From positions 1-32,316 of the forward strand of contig JAZDIZ010000059.1 in NCBI GenBank assembly GCA_043804515.1: a stretch of DNA of 32,316 nucleotides, read 5' to 3'. How positions within the stretch are numbered: the stretch's first letter is position 1; each line of letters starts with the position of its first letter. The position numbers and the translations under genes are program-made. Under the pieces are notes generated by a model. That model did no database searches. It had not been told where the DNA came from and worked only from the letters and a program-made list of their open reading frames with translations. This DNA is from Pseudomonadota bacterium. Its GTDB lineage: Bacteria; Bdellovibrionota_G; JALEGL01; DATDPG01. Shown here in pieces: positions 18,535 to 26,535 of this stretch.

Positions 18535-19629
18535 ATGCTTCCCATCCCTCCGAAAAAAGCAGTGTTGGGCCTTTTTGTCCTCGTTTTCATCTCCCTTTGG
18601 ACGGCCCTCGTCTTCGTGTTCGCCAAGGAAAAAGAAGTGCCGAAGCCGCCGAAAGAGGCGTGTGTGACGCTCGTGGTCACCCTCAAGAATGCTCTTGGCG
18701 GCTCCGCTTCGAACCACCGGGCCACGCTGGATCGCATTACCTCGCGGCTCTCCTCGGCCACGGGCCACGATGTCAAAGGGCTGGAAACGATCAGCAGGTC
18801 GAGAGCCTACATCACGGCTCTGGCGCACAAGGCAAATCTCCTTGTGGAAATTTCTCCCGCGTCGATGGACGAGAGCGGCTTTGCCGGCGTCGTTCTGATC
18901 GACGTCGAGAGTGAGAAAGTCCTGGGAGACACCTCGGTTTCCACGGACAAGTCAGATCCCCTCGTGACGAAGATTACGGACTGGTACAAAGAACTCACGA
19001 GCCAGGAGGTATCGTGCGCCGCTTACGACGTCTCGAAAGTGCTGGCCCGTTTGAAAGTGGCGGGAAGGTGTGATGAGGTGCTTGACGCACTCAACGTTCC
19101 GGAGGTTACGCAAGGAGTGAAAGACGAGGAAGAGCGGGCTCTCTCCACAGTGTGCGAGAGCCAGCAGAGGGAGGCCCAGGACCGGAGGACCGGACCGTCG
19201 GCGCTGACGCTGGCGGTGCGGTTCGAAGGCGTTCCGGTTTCGCTCCAGGGGAAATGTTATGAGGCCGTGGCTGCCACGCAGTTGGACCGGCGCACGGCGG
19301 GAATGTCGCAGGGCGCTGCGCAGCTGCTCATGGCTTGCGGTAGCCCGTGCACGTCCGGATCATTTCGCTTAACCCTCCCCTTCGATGAGGCGTGGTTTCG
19401 CGCCCACATCCAGAAGGGCGCTGATCCGCTTGCACCCTATCGTTCTCTGGGGGCGGACCTTCTTAAAACCAGAGCGAAGGCACCCGCACCGGTCGCCTCT
19501 TTCCAGACCGAATTGGTGCTCACGAATCAAAGCGGTTCGGCGATACGGGTGATGATCGACGGCGGCGCTTCGAACCCGCGCCTGAAAGCTCAGACTCCGG
19601 CGAAGGACTTCTTCCCCGAGGCAGACTGA
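18535..19629 (+). CDS. hypothetical membrane-anchored/exported protein
   Basis: Long ORF with N-terminal hydrophobic helix (AVLGLFVLVFISLWTALVFVFA); stop 5 nt before kinase start. Confidence 0.7.
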   Translation: MLPIPPKKAVLGLFVLVFISLWTALVFVFAKEKEVPKPPKEACVTLVVTLKNALGGSASNHRATLDRITSRLSSATGHDVKGLETISRSRAYITALAHKANLLVEISPASMDESGFAGVVLIDVESEKVLGDTSVSTDKSDPLVTKITDWYKELTSQEVSCAAYDVSKVLARLKVAGRCDEVLDALNVPEVTQGVKDEEERALSTVCESQQREAQDRRTGPSALTLAVRFEGVPVSLQGKCYEAVAATQLDRRTAGMSQGAAQLLMACGSPCTSGSFRLTLPFDEAWFRAHIQKGADPLAPYRSLGADLLKTRAKAPAPVASFQTELVLTNQSGSAIRVMIDGGASNPRLKAQTPAKDFFPEAD

Positions 19630-19634
19630 TCGGC

Positions 19635-22049
19635 TTGGACGTCTTCCCTCCCCAACCATTCGGAACGTATCTTCTCCTCCGTAAAATCGGCCACGGAGGG
19701 ATGGCGGATGTGTTTCTGGCGGCTTCCCTGGCTCCCGAAACACCGTTGGGCGCCCCGTCGCTGGTGGCGCTCAAGCGGATCCGCATGGAGCTCTCGAACC
19801 ACAAGGCATTTGTGGAGCGCTTCGTGGATGAGGCGAAAATCTGCGCGCTTTTGCGCCATCCCAACATCGTGGAGGTCTTTGAGCTGGGAGCCGTGGGAAC
19901 CCAGCTCTATTTCACAATGGAATGGGTGGAGGGAAAGGGCCTGGACGCTTTGTATTCGAAGCTGCGCGAGAGCGGCGACAAACTTCCGTTGGAAGTCGCC
20001 GCTTATGTCAGCCGGCAGATCATCGGGGCGCTCGATTACGCTCATCGGTTGACCGACAGCGCCGGCCGGGATCTTCGCATTGTCCATCGCGACGTGACGC
20101 CGGGAAACATTCTCCTGGGCTACGACGGATCCGTTAAACTATCGGATTTCGGTCTGGCCACCGTGGAACGTGCCTTGGGCGGTCACGGGCGGGAGATCGC
20201 GCTCGGGAAACTCGCGTATGTTTCTCCCGAACAGCTCAAGGGGGAATCGGCGGACCGGAGGGCCGACGTGTACAGCCTCGGAGTCCTGATCCACGAGATT
20301 CTGACGCTGAGACGGCCCTTCGAGGCGACGAAAGGTTTGGAACTCCAGGAGCAGATTTTGCGCGGCGAGCCCAGGCTGGCTTTCGATTCCGTTTCCCCGG
20401 CTCCGGTGAGGAGTCTGGTGCGGCGCTGCTTGGAGAAGGACCGCGAAAAGCGTCCCGGCAACGTATCCGAGATGGCGGACGCTTTCTCGTCCGTGCCCGA
20501 AGGTGGCCGGGACGCGCTGGCGGAAATTCTGAGGAGTCTTTTCCGTGAAGAGATCCGGCGTGAGGACGGGGAGAAGAGTGCGGGTCTCACGGCGTGGAAT
20601 GACCGCAAGCTCAAAGGGGCCGATCTAGAAGAAGAGGAGCCTTTCGTCGAAGATCTCCTTTCCGAGAACGTTCTGCCTTCCCTACTCGAACAGACGGAAT
20701 TTCTTCCCGCTTCTCAAGCGGGCCGGGCGACGCGTATAGCGTTCAAGGCAAATGCGTCAGCGTCGTCCGCGCGCGGGGCCTCCGCGGCTTCTTCCGCCTC
20801 GCCTTCCGCTCCAAAACCGTCTTCCACCGACACGGCGCCGAGCCCGGCTGAAGGAAAGGACATCTCGGAGGTCTCTTTCGTTTCGGATCTGCTTTCGGTT
20901 CCCGACTCCCCGCCGCCGGAAGATACCGAGACGGATCCCATCCCAGAGGGTGAGCCTCCGGCTTGCGAGGCGAGTGCCGCCGACGCGGTTCCGAAACAAG
21001 TCGCCAAAATCGGAGTCGTCAAGAAACACATTGAGCGGCCGGTACCCGGGCCGGTGGCCGTGACGGAGGTCGTGGCTACGTCTTTCCCGACGGATTCGGA
21101 CGAGGTGATCCGGCTTGCGACGGAGGCCTCGGCACCGAAACCGGACCCGACGGCCTCTCAACCTGCCGAGCACATTCAAAGGACATCCTCGATCTCACCC
21201 TATGCCGAGGCGCGCCCCAGACCACGCCGCAAATTCAAGCGCAGTCTGCCGTTCGCCATGATCGGGGCCGCTGCAACCGTGATTCTTGCCGGAACCCTGT
21301 GGGCGACGCTGAGACCAAACGGGAAGAAGCAGCACGCTGTGCCGAAGGTGGTCGCGCCTGCTTGGAATGTGAGTGTATTCCTCTCGGCCGAATCCGGATC
21401 CCCCGACGTGGACCAGCCCGCGCTGCTTTCGTGGACGAATTCCGCCCTGAGAGCCAACGAGTGGCTGCGGCCGCTCAACGATTTTTTCGAGAGGGAATAC
21501 GAGCGCTGGACCGGACAGAAAGGGGTTCCCTTGTCCGTGGCCGTTATGGATCCCGTGAAAGAGGTTCAACGCCTGGATTGGAAGCCTTCGATCTTTCACC
21601 CGGGGCGCCCCTTTCGCGAATTGAAAGCCCTCTTTGATCTGGGGAGAGAGGTCACGCCGCGAGGGAAGGGATTCCTGTTCGTTCATCTCTACGCGAAGAA
21701 CTTCTGGGAGGCTCCTCGGTATCCGTTGGATTTCCAAGAGACGCGTCCGGAACGGCGGGGGTTGGTTTTTGTACCGCTGAGCCCGAAGGAAAACGAGGAA
21801 TCGCGGGTCCGCATCGCTCACGAAATTCTCCACATTCTGGGGGCCTCCGACAAATACGACGAGCGGGGGGCACCGGAAATTCCGGAAGGCATAGCGGCGC
21901 CAAGGAATGACCCACGTTATCCGCAACTCTGGGGCGAAATCATGAGCCGGTGTGTTCCGTTGGCCGAGAACGATTGCCGCCCCCTCAAAACGCTTCGGGA
22001 AGCCGCGATAGGGGATAGAACGGCCGAGGAAATCGGCTGGTCGAATTAG
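19635..22049 (+). CDS. Hanks-type Ser/Thr protein kinase with TM helix and C-terminal HExxH metallopeptidase-like domain
   Basis: GHGGMADVF, VALKR, HRDVTPGN, DFG, YVSPEQ, DVYSLG; Pro/Ala/Ser linker; TM after RRKFKR; AHEILHILGASDKY. Confidence 0.9.
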   Translation: MDVFPPQPFGTYLLLRKIGHGGMADVFLAASLAPETPLGAPSLVALKRIRMELSNHKAFVERFVDEAKICALLRHPNIVEVFELGAVGTQLYFTMEWVEGKGLDALYSKLRESGDKLPLEVAAYVSRQIIGALDYAHRLTDSAGRDLRIVHRDVTPGNILLGYDGSVKLSDFGLATVERALGGHGREIALGKLAYVSPEQLKGESADRRADVYSLGVLIHEILTLRRPFEATKGLELQEQILRGEPRLAFDSVSPAPVRSLVRRCLEKDREKRPGNVSEMADAFSSVPEGGRDALAEILRSLFREEIRREDGEKSAGLTAWNDRKLKGADLEEEEPFVEDLLSENVLPSLLEQTEFLPASQAGRATRIAFKANASASSARGASAASSASPSAPKPSSTDTAPSPAEGKDISEVSFVSDLLSVPDSPPPEDTETDPIPEGEPPACEASAADAVPKQVAKIGVVKKHIERPVPGPVAVTEVVATSFPTDSDEVIRLATEASAPKPDPTASQPAEHIQRTSSISPYAEARPRPRRKFKRSLPFAMIGAAATVILAGTLWATLRPNGKKQHAVPKVVAPAWNVSVFLSAESGSPDVDQPALLSWTNSALRANEWLRPLNDFFEREYERWTGQKGVPLSVAVMDPVKEVQRLDWKPSIFHPGRPFRELKALFDLGREVTPRGKGFLFVHLYAKNFWEAPRYPLDFQETRPERRGLVFVPLSPKENEESRVRIAHEILHILGASDKYDERGAPEIPEGIAAPRNDPRYPQLWGEIMSRCVPLAENDCRPLKTLREAAIGDRTAEEIGWSN

Positions 22050-22226
22050 CAGGTCGGTGAAAAAGGGCCATCTGCGTCGTTGCTCGCTCATCGTCTCCTT
22101 GCGGCACGAGTGGGGGACACCCTGTTAGGGTGTCCCCCTCAGCTCAGTCGCAATTTCGCGAGCGCCTAGCATCTGACGCCTTTTTGACCAACCAGCCGCT
22201 TTTGGGATTGTTCAAGACCTTGCCAG
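22046..22226. repeat. MITE-like intergenic element with inner GGGGGACACCC hairpin
   Basis: GCAGGTCGGTGAAAAAGG pairs imperfectly with CCTTTTTGACCAACCAGC; perfect 12-bp stem at 22112-22138; left end repeated at 22840-22873. Confidence 0.7.
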
Positions 22227-22338
22227 GCGGCATTTTCAGCGGGGGCTCCGTCCCCGCGTCGGAATGGAAATATTGACATGCTGCGGCATGCCGGGATAGA
22301 AATCCCGGAATCCTTGCAGGAGACATGGGAGGTCTACG

Positions 22339-22839
22339 ATGTCTAAATCCACGTATTTCTTGGCCGGGGTCATTTCAGCAGGCCTTGTGTTCACGAATGC
22401 TCAAGCCAGAACGCTTGATGGCAAAGACCCCAGGTTTTTGGTGAGCGCGAATCACAAAGAAGTTTCAATCCCGCGGCTCTTTCAAGCCGTTCTGAAGGAT
22501 CCGATTTGGGGAGAAAACGCCGCCGGCCTTCAATGCTCCCCTGCTTTACTACATTCTCCTGGCGCAATTGCGGGCATGCTAACTGCTACAGCACTCGGTA
22601 TAGCTGGTCTATCTTGTCTCGCTAGTGTGGCAGGCGCGCCTTATGGAGGCGCACTTCTCGTCATTGCTTTTGTCACCATCGAAGCGAGCCAGGACGGCCG
22701 TGTTGTGCACATCCAACGAGCGGACAGAAGTGACAGGTTAACAATACGGGGTCTTGACCACGATCACGCGGCCTATTTGTATGGCCTGCTTAAGGACATG
22801 TCGTATTGGGGTCCGTTCGTCACGGGCGAAAATAAGTAA
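22339..22839 (+). CDS. hypothetical exported protein
   Basis: SD GGAGGT, signal-peptide-like N-terminus ending AQA, Gly/Ala hydrophobic segment; visibly more AT-rich than flanks. Confidence 0.65.
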   Translation: MSKSTYFLAGVISAGLVFTNAQARTLDGKDPRFLVSANHKEVSIPRLFQAVLKDPIWGENAAGLQCSPALLHSPGAIAGMLTATALGIAGLSCLASVAGAPYGGALLVIAFVTIEASQDGRVVHIQRADRSDRLTIRGLDHDHAAYLYGLLKDMSYWGPFVTGENK

Positions 22840-22873
22840 CAGGTTGTTGAAAAAGGACCATCTGCGTCGTTGC
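22840..22873 (+). repeat. truncated second copy of left end of 22046-22226 element
   Basis: 31/34 identity to 22050-22083. Confidence 0.8.
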
Positions 22874-22906
22874 CTGACCTACGTCGCCGGTAACATGAAA
22901 GATGCG

Positions 22907-23058
22907 ATCAGGCTTAAGGATTAACCCTTAAGGATTAGTCGTTAATAGTTTTCAATCTTCCTCATCTACCTGACCCCGGTTCACCGGGACTACTGCCTGA
23001 CTGCCGGAAACCGGCAACCGGAGGCCGGATACCGGATGAAGAAAGGATTAACTCTTAA
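22907..23058. repeat. 7-bp-period tracts (TTAA-NNN then CCGG-NNN)
   Basis: TTAA/TTAG at 22914, 22921, 22928, 22935, 22942; CCGG at 23004, 23011, 23018, 23025, 23032. Confidence 0.75.
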
Positions 23059-23686
23059 ACGTTTTGGGAGCCCAGTCCCGCGGGGCTTTGCGCCAGGCCA
23101 GGATCTCAGATTCCTGTTCGGTCGTGATGATTTTTAGCGAACGCGCCTCGGTCAAAACATCGTCCAATCGAGTCAGCGTCGCCAGAGGAATGTGATTCCG
23201 CTCGAGCCCGAGATGCGCCTCTTCGAACCCGTACGAAAAAATCGCCACCGCCTGAACCGGATCGATTCGCTCCTCTCGGAGAGCGGCGGCCGCCGAAAGC
23301 AGGGATCCCCCGGTGGAAATCAGATCTTCGACCAATGCCACGGTCCAGCCGGCCTCGACGCCCCCTTCGAGCCGGTTTTGCTTTCCATGATCTTTCGCTT
23401 TCGTTCGCACGTACGCGAAAGGCTTTCCGAATCGGTCGGCCAACCAGGCGCCCCACGCGATGCCGGCCGTGGCCACGCCCACGATCCCCCGAACGGAGTC
23501 CGCCCAAATGATCTCTTCCAGACCACGGAGGATCTGTGCCCGTGCCTCGGGATCGGAGAGAAGGAAGCGGTTGTCACAATAGATCGGCGAAAGAATTCCC
23601 GACGCGAATCGGAACGGCTCCCACGGGCGCAAGGTCACGACCCTTCGCTCCAGAAGGAGCCTGGCGATTTCGCTCGGGCCGGCCAT
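23048..23686 (-). CDS. pyrE: orotate phosphoribosyltransferase
   Basis: F.FASGILSPIYCDNR, GVATAGI, YVRTKAKDHG, VEDLISTGGS PRPP motif. Confidence 0.95.
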   Translation of the reverse strand: MAGPSEIARLLLERRVVTLRPWEPFRFASGILSPIYCDNRFLLSDPEARAQILRGLEEIIWADSVRGIVGVATAGIAWGAWLADRFGKPFAYVRTKAKDHGKQNRLEGGVEAGWTVALVEDLISTGGSLLSAAAALREERIDPVQAVAIFSYGFEEAHLGLERNHIPLATLTRLDDVLTEARSLKIITTEQESEILAWRKAPRDWAPKTFKS

Positions 23687-23880
23687 TATTTCGGCTTCTT
23701 CGGTTTGGCGTGGCGCGCTGCGAGAGCCAGCAGTTTCGAGTTGCTAGAGGCCAAAAGCCTCTTCTTGAGAGAGTCCTTCGATTCGCCCTCCCCTCGTTCC
23801 AATGAACCCGAAAGTTGGTCCACCAGTTTCTCTTTGGAACCGAACTTCGCCGTAACCGTCTGCATTGGGCTTTGAATCAT
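23686..23880 (-). CDS. small basic hypothetical protein
   Basis: 64 aa MIQSPMQTVTAKFGSKEKLVD...SNSKLLAL; TAATG coupling to pyrE. Confidence 0.7.
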   Translation of the reverse strand: MIQSPMQTVTAKFGSKEKLVDQLSGSLERGEGESKDSLKKRLLASSNSKLLALAARHAKPKKPK

Positions 23881-23946
23881 GCCCCCGCAATACCCGGCGC
23901 AGGGCCAATTTGTCAATTACGCTGGCGTGGAACGAACGCGGGTATC

Positions 23947-24020
23947 CCGGCAGCCGGATTCCGGTATCCGGAACCGGATTGGAGAAGAATTAGGCTTAAG
24001 GATTAATCCTTAATAGTTTT
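23947..24020. repeat. 7-bp-period tracts (CCGG-NNN then TTAA-NNN) incl. perfect 18-bp palindrome
   Basis: CCGG at 23947, 23954, 23961, 23968; TTAAGGATTAATCCTTAA at 23996-24013. Confidence 0.75.
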
Positions 24021-24161
24021 TCGCTTTTTCCTTCGTAAAGAACAGCCTCTTGAACCTTGCGGGCTTCGTCAGGACCACCGAAGCACGTCGATGATGGTGA
24101 CGGCTTCCACTTCCTCAAAACCCTCGGCCAAGGGAACCAGGACGCGTTTCGGATTCGTCAT
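23996..24161 (-). pseudogene. DJ-1/YajL/ThiJ family gene remnant with large internal deletion
   Basis: ATG 24161: MTNPKRVLVPLAEGFEEVEAVTIIDVLR(WS*); another frame continues GPDEARKVQEAVLY..., resembling the family C-terminus. Confidence 0.8.
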
Positions 24162-24176
24162 AAACACCCCCACAAA

Positions 24177-24206
24177 TGAAAAGGGCCACGTCTGTGGCCC
24201 CTTTCA
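24177..24206 (-). terminator. intrinsic terminator-like hairpin
   Basis: Minus strand GGGCCAC-AGAC-GTGGCCC followed by TTTT, about 20 nt after the stop at 24226. Confidence 0.65.
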
Positions 24207-24225
24207 AGACAATTTCAACCGTCCT

Positions 24226-24411
24226 TCAGGCTCGATAGTTCGAAACGAGCGTTCGTACGCCGATCTTCTCGAAATCTACCTCAATCTTCCCTTTTCGGAG
24301 ATTTGCGATGACCTGGCCCCGGCCGAAGAACGGATGCTCGATAACCTCACCGATCTGGTACTTCTGATCCATCGAGTACGGACGTACTTCTATTTGCTCC
24401 ATCTCTTGCAC
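24226..24411 (-). CDS. small stand-alone Tudor-like protein (PcrA/UvrD C-terminal-like)
   Basis: Y.IGEVIEHPFFGRGQV.....KIEVDF...GVRTL; start may be ATG 24402. Confidence 0.65.
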   Translation of the reverse strand: MQEMEQIEVRPYSMDQKYQIGEVIEHPFFGRGQVIANLRKGKIEVDFEKIGVRTLVSNYRA

Positions 24412-24487
24412 CTTTCTAACCCCAAAAAACCCTAAATTTCAGGGGGTTAGTATCAGAAACGAGGCGTCCTGTCAAGAGGGTGAGACT

Positions 24488-25555
24488 TCACACTTCAGAG
24501 AAGAAAAACGGCTTCAAGCACTGGATCTTATTGGTAAATTCATCTGAAAAGAGAAAAAATTCCGTGGCCGCCACGGAACTCAGGAGTGAGTTTCCGTCTT
24601 GGGGTGTAAAGCACCAGCCCACGACCTCCCGCTCGTTCACAACGTCCACTGTGGCCTCTGCAATCACGGTTTGGTTCAGGATGCGGCCGAAATGGCCGTG
24701 ATCGCGGCCGAACGAAAAGACCGAGTTGGAGCTGTTCTTGTGTGTCAACGCGATGCGATCGTTGGCCCTAAGTCTATGTAATACTTCAGACTTATCGATT
24801 TTCTTCTTGAGCAGCAGCGAGAACCAAACGGTGTGCATGTACTGAGTGTTGGTCTTGATCGCCGAGGAAAAAAGACTCAGATCCAGATCGAGTGTCTTGA
24901 ATAGCTCGTGTGCATCCCGGGCATGGTGCGTACCGAAGCGCCCTTCCTTATGCCGGTTGACCGCATGGCCCGGAATGAAATCCTGATCCTGGCTGATGTC
25001 GTTGGCCCTGCGGATACACACGAAGCGCCCCGAATCCAGACCGTTGAGATCCTCCCCGTTGTTGTGGGCGATGGTCTGGATAAGGACCGAAAGGTTGTGC
25101 GTGTTGCAGCTGACGACCTGAAGAAACTTGTCCTTGCCCGGAATCAGCGCGCTGTCGTTGATCCCGCGCGCGTACATCTTTCCGAACCCGAACTCACTCC
25201 CCTGTGCGATGAAGCCCTTCGTGTTGTGCAAGTATTTCTCGTAAAGCTGGGTTTTGTTCTGATTCCCGACCGGCGTGCAGTCGATGATCACCGAAGCCCG
25301 TTCCAGAGCCTCCTCCAGCCGAAAACTCGGCTCCACCTCCAACTTTTTGAACGCCTCCCAAACTTCGCCCGCCGCGCAGAGTTTGGCCCCGCGCCGGAGC
25401 AAAGCCACCACCTTGGACCGGTCCGTCAAAAGCGCCTGCTTTTTCGAAAAAGTGACCTCGTCGATTCCCAGTTCCTTGCGAAAATCGCAAAGAAGGCCGA
25501 TCAACGGCTCGCCGATCGTCCCGGTACCTACAACGTGAACAATGTTCCGGCTCAT
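24488..25555 (-). CDS. archaeal-type (class II) glyceraldehyde-3-phosphate dehydrogenase-like protein
   Basis: VHVVGTGTIG Rossmann, IDCTP, FIAQG, VVSCNT catalytic Cys motif, RRAND, HHARD, TQYMH. Confidence 0.65.
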   Translation of the reverse strand: MSRNIVHVVGTGTIGEPLIGLLCDFRKELGIDEVTFSKKQALLTDRSKVVALLRRGAKLCAAGEVWEAFKKLEVEPSFRLEEALERASVIIDCTPVGNQNKTQLYEKYLHNTKGFIAQGSEFGFGKMYARGINDSALIPGKDKFLQVVSCNTHNLSVLIQTIAHNNGEDLNGLDSGRFVCIRRANDISQDQDFIPGHAVNRHKEGRFGTHHARDAHELFKTLDLDLSLFSSAIKTNTQYMHTVWFSLLLKKKIDKSEVLHRLRANDRIALTHKNSSNSVFSFGRDHGHFGRILNQTVIAEATVDVVNEREVVGWCFTPQDGNSLLSSVAATEFFLFSDEFTNKIQCLKPFFFSEV

Positions 25556-26016
25556 GAGGCCCCCTTTCTCGGATCCGTCATGAGATCCCGAAGATAGGTC
25601 TGCGTCGCGGACATTTTCTCCGCCACCGATTCCAAAATGCCCTGGGCGACTTTTCCCGCCACGTCAGGCGCCTTGATCTTGAGTTGCTCCCATTCCGCTG
25701 TGGCCAGCCGCAGGTACTCGCACCGTTCCAGACACTTGGCCCCCACGGCCCGCACCTGAGCGCCGGGAAGAACCGAGAGTTCCCCGAGAAATTCGCCCGG
25801 ACCCATTTCCACGGTTTCGTCGCCCCGGCCTTTCATCGAAACGGATACTCTGCCGCTCTTGAGGATGAACATTCCGTCGCTCGGGGTCCCCTCCTCCAGA
25901 AGCCATTTTTCGGCCGGTGCCGTGCCTTCCTCCACGTGCTGCGCCAGGATCGCCAGATCCCGGTATCCCAAGCTCTTGAAAAGCGCACACCTGCGAAGAC
26001 TTCGGATCTTGGCCAT
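25552..26016 (-). CDS. cyclic nucleotide-binding domain protein (no DNA-binding domain)
   Basis: LF..L...DL, EGTPSDGMFILKSGRV, GEFLGELS, R.V.A.C; start trimmed to MAKIRS (TGATG overlap). Confidence 0.85.
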   Translation of the reverse strand: MAKIRSLRRCALFKSLGYRDLAILAQHVEEGTAPAEKWLLEEGTPSDGMFILKSGRVSVSMKGRGDETVEMGPGEFLGELSVLPGAQVRAVGAKCLERCEYLRLATAEWEQLKIKAPDVAGKVAQGILESVAEKMSATQTYLRDLMTDPRKGAS

Positions 26017-26522
26017 CAGCGGTACATCCCTTGGTATTCGACGTAATATTTGGCGGACTCCATAATCCAGTTCCTCTCCTCTTCCGTAAGATTCCGCTTC
26101 GGTTTTGCCGGCGCACCCATCATGAGGACTCCCGGCGGGACATGAGTTCCGGGCGCAACCAGCGCCCCGGCCGCTATAACGCTGCCGCTCTCCACGACGA
26201 CGCCGTCCAGAAGCGTGGCGCCCATTCCCACCAGGGCACGGCTCTTGACGTGGCACCCGTGCAACGTGACTTGGTGCCCCACGGTCACGTCATCCTCCAG
26301 GATCGCGGGGTAATCGTCTTTCGTGACGTGCACGACGCAGAGATCCTGGATGTTGGTCCGGGCGCCCACGCGGATGAAATGAACGTCCCCGCGAAGGACG
26401 GTGCCGAACCAGATGCCGGACTGGGGCCCCACGGACACGTCGCCGATGACGCAGGCGGAGTCGGCGATGAATGCCGTTTCATGGATTCTGGGGGTTTTGC
26501 CCGGTATGGAGACGATCGGCAT
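26016..26522 (-). CDS. gamma-carbonic anhydrase family (YrdA-like) hexapeptide-repeat protein
   Basis: VIGDV.VG..S.IWFGTVLRGD, TNIQD.CVVH, VTVGH...LHGC. Confidence 0.92.
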   Translation of the reverse strand: MPIVSIPGKTPRIHETAFIADSACVIGDVSVGPQSGIWFGTVLRGDVHFIRVGARTNIQDLCVVHVTKDDYPAILEDDVTVGHQVTLHGCHVKSRALVGMGATLLDGVVVESGSVIAAGALVAPGTHVPPGVLMMGAPAKPKRNLTEEERNWIMESAKYYVEYQGMYR

Positions 26523-26535
26523 TCAGGTTCCTTCC

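Noticed and set aside
22273..22302. TTGACA promoter for the 166-aa gene
   Set aside because: Perfect -35 but no convincing -10 at 16-18 nt spacing
22907..24020. CRISPR array interpretation of the repeats
   Set aside because: Units are 7 bp, not 23-47 bp repeats with unique spacers; no cas genes
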